Below are positions 17,889 to 26,978 of a stretch of 64,000 nt of DNA, in pieces. Source of the stretch: a virus. The first letter of the stretch is position 1. Every line of letters starts with the position of its first letter. The DNA lies in IMG/VR virus record IMGVR_UViG_3300036834_000211, positions 50,542 through 114,541 of that record. One strand, 5' to 3'. The notes beneath the pieces are model-generated. The model searched no databases. It saw only the letters and a list, made by a program, of their open reading frames with translations, and had not been told where the DNA came from. A program made the translations under genes and the position numbers.

Positions 17889-18380
17889 TTATACCGCCAT
17901 TGACATCAACATCTCGGTCACGGCTGAGAAGGCCACGTTGACTCTCCCTTGCGACAATCCCAATCTCTTCCGAAAGTAGGCTCGGGCCTTGTGGGCAGTC
18001 AGGTCCATCGCCGCCACGTCGTTGAGTACCAAATCCACCATCACGCGCGCGTCCTCAGGCAGGTCGCGGATCAGCTCGGTCAGGAGCAGATTTCGATCTG
18101 GTGCTGGCATCGACCGATCTGGCATCCCCTCGTCGAGTTCGTGTGTAATGGGATGTACGCGCTTGTGCCGGTCGGTTATCCCACACAGGTGACGATAGAC
18201 GCAGTATGTGGCAAACGTGTTGAATGACGACTTGCGCGGGTCGTACTCGACGTTACCGAGGACGCCCTGCTCGGCATTCCAGCGGGCTATCCGAGCCTCC
18301 TGCAGCAGGTCGTCGAGGTCCATACCGCTCGTGGTGGAAAACGAGTAGGCGTACTTGAGTACCGCCGGGTGGTCTTTCAT
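17889..18380 (-). CDS. Sigma-70 family (ECF-like) RNA polymerase sigma factor
   Basis: DLDDLLQEARIA..YDPRKSSFNTFATYCVYRHL (region 2) and LIRDLPEDAR (region 4 entry); ATG at 18380 coupled to the upstream stop. Confidence 0.75.
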   Translation of the reverse strand: MKDHPAVLKYAYSFSTTSGMDLDDLLQEARIARWNAEQGVLGNVEYDPRKSSFNTFATYCVYRHLCGITDRHKRVHPITHELDEGMPDRSMPAPDRNLLLTELIRDLPEDARVMVDLVLNDVAAMDLTAHKARAYFRKRLGLSQGRVNVAFSAVTEMLMSMAV

Positions 18381-18565
18381 TGAGATGCTCCAGAAGGCTC
18401 GGAGAATAACCATAGCGCCCACCCGCTGACGGCAATTATGCCACCGGCCTGGAATGTAGTGGGATCGTACTCGCACGCAGCTAGAGCAGCTAGGACAGCA
18501 CCTCCGCCCGACAATGCGAATAGGGCTGTCCACGCCCACCACGGACGCCTCTGTGGCTTTGTCAT
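18377..18565 (-). CDS. Small two-TM membrane protein
   Basis: Two hydrophobic segments; coupled overlaps on both sides. Confidence 0.6.
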   Translation of the reverse strand: MTKPQRRPWWAWTALFALSGGGAVLAALAACEYDPTTFQAGGIIAVSGWALWLFSEPSGASQ

Positions 18566-18741
18566 ATCTTTACACTCCTGATCTCAGCCTCTTTGGGGAT
18601 GTGCTCGAAGCGGACCGAGCGCTTGGCGACCGATAGGGCAATCTCCTCGGTCGTTGCCATCGTCTTGACGACCGTGGTGCGGGATAGGCTGGAGCCCGGC
18701 AGGCCCCACGTCACCTTGACGTCGAAGTTCTTGGAGGTCAT
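18562..18741 (-). CDS. Hypothetical protein
   Basis: ATGA-coupled small ORF (MTSKNFDVKV...). Confidence 0.55.
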   Translation of the reverse strand: MTSKNFDVKVTWGLPGSSLSRTTVVKTMATTEEIALSVAKRSVRFEHIPKEAEIRSVKI

Positions 18742-19037
18742 TGATTCAGCCTCACACGACGTCTGAGACGCTTGAACCGTGGCAGTTTGGCACACTCGTC
18801 GCAGAGGTGCCAGTTCTCAACACGTCCAACGGACCACATCGCCGGTCGAGCACATCCCCATCTCTGGTTCGTCGACTTCTGCTCAGTTGCGGGTTCGTCC
18901 CTGAGTGGATTCCACTCACAGTCTTCGATCCTCGTCTGCGTTCCCCTAATCGCAGCGGAGTCTCGTCTCCACTGTAAGGCAAGATCCTTTTCTGTCAATC
19001 TCGATGGTGGTGTGGATTTGTTTACAGTCTTCCTCAC
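18738..19037 (-). CDS. Hypothetical protein (Cys-containing)
   Basis: GGAGG RBS; C...C...CDEC; coupled overlaps. Confidence 0.6.
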   Translation of the reverse strand: MRKTVNKSTPPSRLTEKDLALQWRRDSAAIRGTQTRIEDCEWNPLRDEPATEQKSTNQRWGCARPAMWSVGRVENWHLCDECAKLPRFKRLRRRVRLNQ

Positions 19038-19213
19038 TGCTTTCCTCCCAGTCGATTGATTACTAAATCCATCGTCCGACGCAAGAAGTCAGCTGCTTCG
19101 ACGAATCCTATGCGTCTTGCGATCTGCTCCAGATCGGCCAGCTGATCGAAGGCAGATTCCTGCGTCCGCTCCCGTTGCGGAAAACTTAGAATCTCATCTT
19201 CTGATAGAATCAT
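19034..19213 (-). CDS. Hypothetical protein
   Basis: MILSEDEILSFPQR... with AAGGA RBS. Confidence 0.55.
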   Translation of the reverse strand: MILSEDEILSFPQRERTQESAFDQLADLEQIARRIGFVEAADFLRRTMDLVINRLGGKQ

Positions 19214-19514
19214 AGTTGTCCTTCCACCTAATGATCCACTCGTCCCACTTTTCCGGGTCGAGTAGGGTGAACCTGCCGCTTGGCGCGACCGCGTAGATGC
19301 AGATGCCGAAGGTCCAGTCTCGTTCTCTCGCATAGCGCACTGCCCAAGGGAAGATCTTGAACCGCGTCTCCTTGCGTCCGTTGCGCAATTCGAAGACCGC
19401 GAAGTACGAGGCCCGGTCGAACACGGCGGCCATCCAGTCATACTGGGACTGTCCGAAGTCGTGCTCCGACCTGCCCCTGGGGGCTGTCAGTGGCTGTTGG
19501 TGGCTGGTGGGCAT
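19194..19514 (-). CDS. Hypothetical early protein
   Basis: First ORF downstream of the leftward promoter; start approximate. Confidence 0.55.
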   Translation of the reverse strand: MPTSHQQPLTAPRGRSEHDFGQSQYDWMAAVFDRASYFAVFELRNGRKETRFKIFPWAVRYARERDWTFGICIYAVAPSGRFTLLDPEKWDEWIIRWKDNYDSIRR

Positions 19515-19519
19515 GTGCA

Positions 19520-19631
19520 TATAAAGGCCTGCCCTGCAGAAAATTGCAAGCGAAAATTGCACGTTTCCGCAAAAAAAAAATGCATCAAACCCCAAAATAG
19601 GGCTTGCAGTTTTCTGCAAACCTGCTACTAT
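19520..19631. promoter_or_regulatory. Divergent promoter region with three (T/C)TGC-N8-GCAA operators (19534-19549, 19557-19572, 19604-19619)
   Basis: Rightward TTGCAG-16-TACTAT; leftward TTGCAA-17-CTTTAT; A10 tract between them. Confidence 0.7.
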
Positions 19632-19656
19632 GCGGAGTCGGAAGGGAATTTGAAAG

Positions 19657-20745
19657 ATGCCAAGTCGGTCGGACGCATTATGGTATCGGAGGGAGTGGCA
19701 GCGGGAGGTGCAGCGGGCTCAGCATGTCGGCTATAGCTACTTCGGTCGTCCTCAATCACCCGTCATCCCGTGGTACCAGGCAGAGATCGCATTCCTGAGG
19801 CGCCGGATCGAGAGCCTGGCCGTCAACCGCATCGCTCAGCAGCAGACAAGACCCGCACTGGATCTGCTGGCACACCCGGTTGCGGAAACGGCTCCCGTAG
19901 CACTCAATGTCCCATCGGAGCCGAGGCCGACGACGGATGTTCCGACGTTCGGGATTGAGATCGAGTGCATCATGCCACAGTCGATGACCCACTCTCGATT
20001 GGCGGGCCTTCTAAGCCAAGTTGATGGGATCCAGGCCTCTGCAGAGATGTACAACCACCAATCCAGAGATTACTGGAAGATCGTAACTGACGGGTCACTG
20101 GGAGATTATAGCAGGGGTGCTGAGTTAGTCAGCCCGATCCTGCGGGGAGAAGAGGGCTTCGAGCAGGTCCGCAAGGTGTGCGGAATTCTCAATGCCAACA
20201 ATGTCAAGGTAAATCGCCGGTGTGGCTTCCACGTCCACGTGGGCGCTCGAGATCGAGGAGTGTCGTTCTTCCGTAGTCTATTGATGCTCTATGCCCACTA
20301 CGAGCCGGTGTTAGACACGTTGGTGTCCCCCAGTCGTCGGGCGAGTGGGAACACGTACTGCCGGTCGACAAAGGTCCTGGTTGACGGCCGCAGGCAGGAG
20401 ATCGAGAGCGCGGTGGACATCGATGGGCTGACGAATGCCTATTCGAGGAGCGGACGTAATGACCGCGGGGGTGACCACGGGAGACTTGTCAAACTTAATC
20501 TGGCCGCATACTGGCGTCACGGGACGGTCGAATTCAGACACCACCAAGGGACGGTGAATGCTGAGAAGGCAGAGACGTGGATTCGGTTGTGCATTGCACT
20601 GGTGGAGGCCGCTGGTGCTGGCGTCGAACCCGGTGAGGAGACAATTGACGCACTGGCCGAGAAGGTTGGTATGGTTGAGACGCTACCGTACTGGCGGCGC
20701 CGGCAGTTGGAGCTGAGTCACATCCAAGTGACGGAGCGGACGTGA
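19657..20745 (+). CDS. Putative amidoligase (COOH-NH2 ligase type 2)
   Basis: TFGIEIE, WKIVTDGSL, ELVSPIL, CGFHVHVG, GTVEFRHHQGT motifs. Confidence 0.9.
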   Translation: MPSRSDALWYRREWQREVQRAQHVGYSYFGRPQSPVIPWYQAEIAFLRRRIESLAVNRIAQQQTRPALDLLAHPVAETAPVALNVPSEPRPTTDVPTFGIEIECIMPQSMTHSRLAGLLSQVDGIQASAEMYNHQSRDYWKIVTDGSLGDYSRGAELVSPILRGEEGFEQVRKVCGILNANNVKVNRRCGFHVHVGARDRGVSFFRSLLMLYAHYEPVLDTLVSPSRRASGNTYCRSTKVLVDGRRQEIESAVDIDGLTNAYSRSGRNDRGGDHGRLVKLNLAAYWRHGTVEFRHHQGTVNAEKAETWIRLCIALVEAAGAGVEPGEETIDALAEKVGMVETLPYWRRRQLELSHIQVTERT

Positions 20746-20993
20746 AGGAGAGTGAGATGTACAGGACGAATGATGGTGCAGTGTTACGATCGACCGAGCA
20801 GGTGGACATCGTCCGCGAGCTCCGTGAGATGTCCAACACGCCGACCGAATCTGACTCGCAGTTCATGCGGGAGACGGCCGATCGGATTCGGGCCAAGCTG
20901 GATCGGCGCGTCCGGTACCACAACGAGGTGGTGTTCGTAGCCGACCTGTTGGAGGCCGGTCTACTAATCGACGACGACAAAGGAGAAGGTTGA
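20742..20993 (+). CDS. Small protein commonly associated with amidoligase genes
   Basis: IVRELRE...FMRETADR...FVADLLEAGLL; coupled between amidoligase and GGCT. Confidence 0.65.
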   Translation: MKESEMYRTNDGAVLRSTEQVDIVRELREMSNTPTESDSQFMRETADRIRAKLDRRVRYHNEVVFVADLLEAGLLIDDDKGEG

Positions 20994-21529
20994 TGTTGTA
21001 CTGGGCCTACGGATCGAATCTAAGCGTCGAGGCGATGAAGAGACGCTGCCCCCGAGCCAGGAAGATCAGCAGTCTGATCCTCCCTGACGCCCGCCTGGTG
21101 TTTAGGCACGTTGCCGATGTGGAGTACCACAAGGGGGCCTCCTGCCCGGGCGGCCTGTGGAGGATCACCGAGCAGTGCGAGGCGGTGTTGGATCGCTACG
21201 AGGGAGTGCGAGGCGATCACGGACTGTACAGTAAGATCTACATCAAGCTCCAGTACAATGGTAGGGAGCGGCGCTGTTTGATATACCAGATGAATGAAGA
21301 TGGCATTGCCCCGCCGGGCGAGGGATACTTGGGAGTGATCGCACAGGGTTACATGGACTTCGACCTGGATCTGGCGCAGCTCGACGAGGCGGTGATGAGA
21401 TCGTGGGGTGAGAAGAACAGGACGCCGGCAATCAACAGGCGCATTAGGAGGCGCAAGGACAGGCCACTGGCTCGAGACGTGTTCGAGGTGGTGCTGGGCG
21501 ACGGCTACGAGAGCCTAGGACGGGAATGA
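20990..21529 (+). CDS. Gamma-glutamylcyclotransferase (AIG2-like)
   Basis: YWAYGSNL...MKRRCP...LDRYEG...P..GYLGVIAQGY. Confidence 0.9.
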   Translation: MMLYWAYGSNLSVEAMKRRCPRARKISSLILPDARLVFRHVADVEYHKGASCPGGLWRITEQCEAVLDRYEGVRGDHGLYSKIYIKLQYNGRERRCLIYQMNEDGIAPPGEGYLGVIAQGYMDFDLDLAQLDEAVMRSWGEKNRTPAINRRIRRRKDRPLARDVFEVVLGDGYESLGRE

Positions 21530-21530
21530 G

Positions 21531-22250
21531 ATGTCCCAGGCAGAAGCGACCGGGAGACTTAGACTGCTCAGGGCTGTCGTTGCCTCCCGCGCCGAGCTCA
21601 CACACAAGATCCTGGATGCGCGCACACTCGATCGCGACGTCGAGTCCTTGGTCCGCCGGGGGTCTGAGCGTGGACGTCAGCGCGCCGCCGTTCGGCTCCG
21701 AGCCTTCCTCCCCGCGGTCTTCGAGTGGAGGCGGGTTACTAGTGGTCTGCTCGGGGCCTACCTGGAGGCCGCTAGATATCCGATCATCCAGACGCCGTCC
21801 GACCCAGGACAGACCCAGCCCTCAGTGGCCGTGGCGTATCTCGTGCTGGGTACCGAAGAGATGCTGACCGCGACCGGGCTGTGGACCCTGGAGGTGCCGG
21901 ACCACGCTCTCCGACGGGCGCTCGAGCGCGACCGCCCCGGCGACGTCGAGGGGAAGATCCGGGAGGCCCACGCGGCTCTCCTGAGGGCCTCGATCGACAG
22001 GAGGCCGCCAATCGGCGGCGAGTTCCTGATACCGACCTCCGGGCCTGGGGTGTTCGTGGCCGAGTGGATTCCAGGCAAGCTGAGGTCGAATGGCAAGCAC
22101 ATGGTGTACGCCCGCGCCCGAACTTGGCTGCACGACGACCAGCTCTCCTCGAGCCAGGCCCGCCAGGTGCTCTCATCCGCTGCGAGTGGGGAGGCGTCCC
22201 TGTACGACGCTGGACTGCTGACCCCGGTGGTACTTAGAAAGCAACTTTGA
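21531..22250 (+). CDS. Hypothetical protein
   Basis: 239-aa ORF in operon; DHALRRALER and ARTWL motifs. Confidence 0.65.
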   Translation: MSQAEATGRLRLLRAVVASRAELTHKILDARTLDRDVESLVRRGSERGRQRAAVRLRAFLPAVFEWRRVTSGLLGAYLEAARYPIIQTPSDPGQTQPSVAVAYLVLGTEEMLTATGLWTLEVPDHALRRALERDRPGDVEGKIREAHAALLRASIDRRPPIGGEFLIPTSGPGVFVAEWIPGKLRSNGKHMVYARARTWLHDDQLSSSQARQVLSSAASGEASLYDAGLLTPVVLRKQL

Positions 22251-22335
22251 GGCTCTCACATGCAGATTAGGGTCCCTGCGTATGCAAGGTAGCACTCGTC
22301 TTCTCAATCAAGCTGGACGGCACGCTCCGTCCAGC
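22237..22335 (-). repeat. Dispersed structured repeat, degenerate copy
   Basis: TCAAGCTGGACGGCACGC core with a degenerate GAAAgCaaCTTTgAGGCTC end at near-identical spacing; perfect hairpin GCTGGACGG-N6-CCGTCCAGC. Confidence 0.65.
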
Positions 22336-22363
22336 GCTGGCTCGATCGTCGAGGTATCCTAAA

Positions 22364-22777
22364 TTGGAACGTTACGTTATCTACGAAATTATCGGACGAA
22401 AAGTAGGATGCTGTAAGAATCTTAAAAAGCGTATTCGATGGTACGAGAGGATAGAAGGTAAGGCTCCTAAGACTATAGTTCTAGAAATCTTCTATGGAAA
22501 AACAGACCAAGAAGCAGGTGATCGAGAATGGTATTGGGCTGATAAACGAGGTTACTCACGCGGAAAACATTATTCAGTAAGAAATGGTCTTAATACCGGT
22601 ATAGTCGGTAGAATTGGCGCTCGCCGTCTTACGGAAATAACAACTTCCAAAGAACGATCTAAATGGGCTCGTAAAGGAGGGTTTCGACAGAAAATACAAT
22701 GTCCTAATTGCGGTAAGATAGGAGGATTAGCTCCTATGAAGCGCTGGCACTTTGACAACTGCCAGCATAAGTACTAA
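22364..22777 (+). CDS. Putative homing endonuclease (GIY-YIG-like)
   Basis: AT-rich; VIYEI..KVG...LKKR N-terminus, E.YW, C-terminal CPNCGKIG...KRWHFDNC module. Confidence 0.6.
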   Translation: MERYVIYEIIGRKVGCCKNLKKRIRWYERIEGKAPKTIVLEIFYGKTDQEAGDREWYWADKRGYSRGKHYSVRNGLNTGIVGRIGARRLTEITTSKERSKWARKGGFRQKIQCPNCGKIGGLAPMKRWHFDNCQHKY

Positions 22778-23691
22778 TGAGTATTACAGACATCTATATT
22801 CGCTACGGTGTACCACACCGAATCGACGCAGGTCGGGGCGGGTGGGTCTCGACCCACTGTCCCTTCTGCACCGGCAGTGCCGACTACCACCTGGGATTCA
22901 GTCTCGAGCACTCGTACTTCCGCTGTTGGCGGTGCGGATGGCACGACGCTATCTCGACGTTGTCGAGCCTATGTCACGTAGACCGCAGCGCGGCGTTCGA
23001 CATCTACCAATCAATCAGATCCGGTCCCAGCGGTCCCGTCCGCGGTGCCAAGGACAAGGAAGCGCAGGTCAGGGTCAACCTGTCCCTGTACAAGCGTCCC
23101 CCGGGCGTCGACTCGATGGCGACTAACCACCGACACTACCTCGAGGGTCGAGGATTCGACCCAGATCAGATCGAGCGCGAGTGGGGGGTGATGGGGACGG
23201 GGCCGATGTCGTACCTCGACTGGATCGACTACCGATTCAGGCTCTTCATCCCCGTGCGGTGGAACGACGAGGAGGTGTCCTTCCAGACCCGCGACGTGAC
23301 GGGCAAGTCCGATCGCAAGTACATCGCCTGCCCGACCGAGCGCGAGATCAAGCACCACAAGTACGTCCTCTACGGTCGGCAGGAGTGCTGGGGCGAGACC
23401 GGGATCGTCGTCGAGGGAGTCACCGACGTCTGGCGCTTGGGACCGAGGGCCTGCGCCACATTCGGCATCCAGTACACCGCCGAGCAGGTGGCCGTCATCG
23501 CCCGGGCGTTCCGGCGCGTCGCGATAGTGTTCGATTCGGAGCGTCAGGCGCAGGCGCAGGCGAGGAAGCTCGCAGCCCAGCTGCGCCTGTGGCTTGAGAC
23601 CCCACCGATCGTGGTGGACTTGGGAGCAGGCGTTGACCCAGGATCTATGAAGCAAGATGACGCGGATCACCTGGTGAGGGAATTGACATGA
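22777..23691 (+). CDS. DNA primase (Zn finger + TOPRIM)
   Basis: CPFC...CWRCG zinc finger; IVVEGVTDVW, FDSE, DPG TOPRIM motifs. Confidence 0.9.
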   Translation: MSITDIYIRYGVPHRIDAGRGGWVSTHCPFCTGSADYHLGFSLEHSYFRCWRCGWHDAISTLSSLCHVDRSAAFDIYQSIRSGPSGPVRGAKDKEAQVRVNLSLYKRPPGVDSMATNHRHYLEGRGFDPDQIEREWGVMGTGPMSYLDWIDYRFRLFIPVRWNDEEVSFQTRDVTGKSDRKYIACPTEREIKHHKYVLYGRQECWGETGIVVEGVTDVWRLGPRACATFGIQYTAEQVAVIARAFRRVAIVFDSERQAQAQARKLAAQLRLWLETPPIVVDLGAGVDPGSMKQDDADHLVRELT

Positions 23692-23873
23692 ATGAAGATG
23701 TCTTAAAGGAGCACTTAACCAGAACTAGAGATCTGCTGTGCGAGGCGAGGCAGTATGTCGAGATCGTCTACAACGAGACGTCTCATGGCCCAGTCGGTGG
23801 CAGTGCTCGGCGGGACATGGAAATCTTATTGAGAAATATCGACGAGGCACTAGATAACCGGTACGGAGTGTGA
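23688..23873 (+). CDS. Hypothetical protein
   Basis: ATGA-coupled 61-aa ORF. Confidence 0.55.
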   Translation: MNEDVLKEHLTRTRDLLCEARQYVEIVYNETSHGPVGGSARRDMEILLRNIDEALDNRYGV

Positions 23874-23874
23874 G

Positions 23875-24249
23875 ATGAATGTGGGTGGCATCGTCGGCCT
23901 CGGCACCGTCAGCCTGATCGTCGGCGGACTCTGTGCCGCCGTGCTATGGCCGGCGCTGCAGCAGCGGCACCGCGCGGAAACGCTACCTCCGTCGCCTCCG
24001 TACATCACGCAGTGGAGCAGTCGGCTGACCGATCCTGTAACCGCGAGCCTCATGGCTGAGTGGGAGTCTGCACACCAGCAGGATGTTGCGGACCATCCGG
24101 CGTCTACGTCTCGTGCTGACCCCTCGACGCTGAGGATGGTCTCGCGTCCGGGTCGCCACCGCCGACATCATCCTCAGCAGTACTTCCCCCATGCCGCCCC
24201 CGGTCAGGATGCCGAGACCCGGAGACTGAACCTGGAGCAGGCAAGATGA
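23875..24249 (+). CDS. Hypothetical membrane-anchored protein
   Basis: N-terminal TM helix; GGAG RBS. Confidence 0.55.
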   Translation: MNVGGIVGLGTVSLIVGGLCAAVLWPALQQRHRAETLPPSPPYITQWSSRLTDPVTASLMAEWESAHQQDVADHPASTSRADPSTLRMVSRPGRHRRHHPQQYFPHAAPGQDAETRRLNLEQAR

Positions 24250-25003
24250 AGAACTCTAGATGCGCTGGTGGGCTATTGCAACCCACTTCGTTTTATGCTT
24301 ATCCTATACATGCGAATGGCGCGAAGGTGTGAGCCTCCACGCCATTCTGGATCGATTTACCGGACCGAACGGCGAATGATCCTGGGCAAATATAGCTTCC
24401 CCCTCCGGAAGTTGCAAGCCCCAAGGACCCCATTCAAAGTTAGGCTCGGTAGGTGGCTCCAAATCGATAGCCACTCTGGCGTGTTCAGATACGATCGTGC
24501 GAACGAATCGTTGGGGGAACGTAACGCGTGGCACCAGGCACACAAATGATCGCTCTCCTCACCCGAGAGCGGGCCGGAAGTCGTTCTGCTCGCGACGACC
24601 GGGGGACAAGCGTCATGGCGTACGTCCGGGGATCACTGCGACAGGTCCAACCTGCCAAATCCTTGGAACAGCCAGGAGGGGGTGCATAAATGAGGTACAG
24701 CGTGACCGCCTCAACCGACCGGATTAAATTCGGCAACGGTGCACCTGGGAGCAGATTTGCTACTATTTTCAAATAGTTAGTAAAGACACCCTCTTCCGCC
24801 TTCGGGCGGAAGTGTGTGCTACTTTTCTTAGCTTTCTAAGTAAGCTAAGCCTAGGCTTTTGATTGTATCACGCGCACGCGCGCGTCCTCAGTTTGCGAAA
24901 TTCGACAATTTTTTCTTCGGTAGTCGGATTTTCTGGGCCGGCCACCGGTATATTCTACTGGGAAGTGGGCTGCGGTAGCCTGATTTTCGGGTGAGGTAGT
25001 GAG

Positions 25004-25225
25004 ATGATTAGGGACCAGTTCAATCGTCGACTCTGCAGGACGATCCAGGACTACTGGGCCCGTCGGGGATACGTCGTGAGGGTCGATCCAGTGAGTGGTC
25101 CCTACCGGTGCGCCGAGGGCTTCCCGATCGGGGAGATCGTTAGCGACCTGGGGCCGACGGGGTTCCCCAGCCGTCGGGTGCATCAGGCGGGTGGTGCCAC
25201 CCTCGCGTTGAGAGCGGGTGACTGA
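25004..25225 (+). CDS. Hypothetical protein
   Basis: IQDYWARRGY...IVSDL..GFP pattern; GAGG RBS. Confidence 0.55.
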   Translation: MIRDQFNRRLCRTIQDYWARRGYVVRVDPVSGPYRCAEGFPIGEIVSDLGPTGFPSRRVHQAGGATLALRAGD

Positions 25226-25880
25226 GATGGTACTGTCCGACATCGAGATACTGACCAGGCGCGCGGCCGGTGAGATCGTCATCGACCCGTTCGACCCGGC
25301 CGACCTCGGTAGCGCGAGCTACGATGTCAGGTTGGGAGAGCACTACTACGAGGCGTCAACAGACGTGAGTAGGATCTACAACATCTACAGCGAGTCCGAC
25401 GTTAGGCGCGTCTGGGTCGGTCCCAAGATGGCCTGCGCGGTTCGCGATCTTAAGGACCTGTGTCCGGGCGCCGACTGGTCCAACATCCGCGACGACGATC
25501 GGATCGTCATGCTCGGACCCAGGGCCAACCTGCTGTGTCACACCCGGGAGTTCATCGGCGCGCGCCGCGGCAGTACCACGATGATGAAGGCTCGTTCGTC
25601 GATCGGGCGCAGTCTGGTTAACGTCTGCCAGTGCGCCGGGATGGGCGACGTGGGCTACTTCAACCGCTGGACGATGGAGATCCACAACCGGAGTGACTAT
25701 TGGATCCCCCTAGTGGCCGGCCGGCGCGTCGCCCAGATCGTCTTCCTGGAGACCGGAGAGACCGAGAGGGTGTATATCAGCAAGTACCAAGGGACCGACG
25801 ACCTGGAATGCCTCGTTCGATCGTGGGCACCGGAGTCGATGCTGCCAGGATTGGACAAGGATCGGGACGTCAGGTCGTGA
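25218..25880 (+). CDS. dcd: dCTP deaminase
   Basis: LSDIEI, IDPFD, ASYDVRLG, ARSSIGRS, GDVGY...TMEI, AQIVF, KYQG. Confidence 0.9.
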   Translation: MTEMVLSDIEILTRRAAGEIVIDPFDPADLGSASYDVRLGEHYYEASTDVSRIYNIYSESDVRRVWVGPKMACAVRDLKDLCPGADWSNIRDDDRIVMLGPRANLLCHTREFIGARRGSTTMMKARSSIGRSLVNVCQCAGMGDVGYFNRWTMEIHNRSDYWIPLVAGRRVAQIVFLETGETERVYISKYQGTDDLECLVRSWAPESMLPGLDKDRDVRS

Positions 25881-25907
25881 CTAGACCAATTTAAGGGAGG
25901 AAAAGAA

Positions 25908-26246
25908 ATGAGGAGGAGGGCTGCGCCGGAGGAGTACTGGATCCAGCGCGACGGCACCAAGATTGCCGTCGGCGACATGGACATCGGTCACCTCCGTAAC
26001 ACGCTGCGCATGATCATTCGGAAGGCGCGCAAGCACCGCGAGAGACAGCAGACTGTGGACGAGATGTTCTGCTTCCCGGACCCCTCAATCTGGGACAGGC
26101 ATTGGGACTACAAGGACGCCAGCGACGCCCAGGCGTATCGGGACCTGGCCAATCCGAACGTCTTGTTCCCGCTGCTCGACGGTGGCGTTAGGGGTAGCCC
26201 TGCGCTACAGGCCAAGTACGGTAAGGGAGTGTTCGATCGCGACTGA
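25908..26246 (+). CDS. Hypothetical protein
   Basis: YWIQRDGTKIAVGDMDIGHLRNTLRMI motif common in phage proteins; strong RBS. Confidence 0.7.
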   Translation: MRRRAAPEEYWIQRDGTKIAVGDMDIGHLRNTLRMIIRKARKHRERQQTVDEMFCFPDPSIWDRHWDYKDASDAQAYRDLANPNVLFPLLDGGVRGSPALQAKYGKGVFDRD

Positions 26247-26258
26247 CTGGGGCTCCTC

Positions 26259-26978
26259 GTGCGCACGATCACGTCGTTTCCGAATCATCAGGTCCGCCGA
26301 CGCGAGGAATTCCCCCGCACTGCCGACTTCGTACGCGACCGCTCGAGGATACTGGCTGCCGTGTGCGAGTCCCTCGCTCAGGCTAGACTTGCTCGTTTCA
26401 ATCGATCCACTCCACCCGAGCACTCGGCTAGTTGCGTAAAGTACCTGGAGAAGCTGAGGAGCGAGTTGGGACCTCCCCACCCGCTCCTCCGGATTCTCGA
26501 CGTGGTTCGGTGGTACGAGGCTCACTGGCACGAGGGTCTCGTGCCATGGGTGGAGGGTGGCCCATCTCTCTACTCAAAGTTTAGTCGCCTGGAGGCGATC
26601 ATGCTCGACCGTACACGTCAGGAGCCTACGACTACGGTTGACGAAGTCCTGACCAATCTGTTCAACGGTAGTAAGATTGTATCCGAGGCGTTCAAGTCGG
26701 ACATATTGGTCCGCGCTAAGAGACTGAGCCTCGGGAGCGTGAGTGAAGTCGACTTGATGACCCGGTTGGGTGAGCTCTATGGTAGCATACGTGCCGCGCG
26801 CGTACCGGAGGCAGCCGGTCCGATAGATCTCCTGCGACGGTACATCAATTGGCTGAGCGAGAAGGATTGGCAGATGACGATGCGCGTGTTGAGCACTAGT
26901 AGTCCCGCCTTCCAGCAGTTCAGGCGCGAGGAGGCCTCATTGCATCCACTCGGCGCCGATCCGCTGACTGGAAGATGA
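26259..26978 (+). CDS. Hypothetical protein (possible helicase loader/initiator)
   Basis: 239 aa, coupled to the helicase; function inferred from position only. Confidence 0.55.
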   Translation: MRTITSFPNHQVRRREEFPRTADFVRDRSRILAAVCESLAQARLARFNRSTPPEHSASCVKYLEKLRSELGPPHPLLRILDVVRWYEAHWHEGLVPWVEGGPSLYSKFSRLEAIMLDRTRQEPTTTVDEVLTNLFNGSKIVSEAFKSDILVRAKRLSLGSVSEVDLMTRLGELYGSIRAARVPEAAGPIDLLRRYINWLSEKDWQMTMRVLSTSSPAFQQFRREEASLHPLGADPLTGR

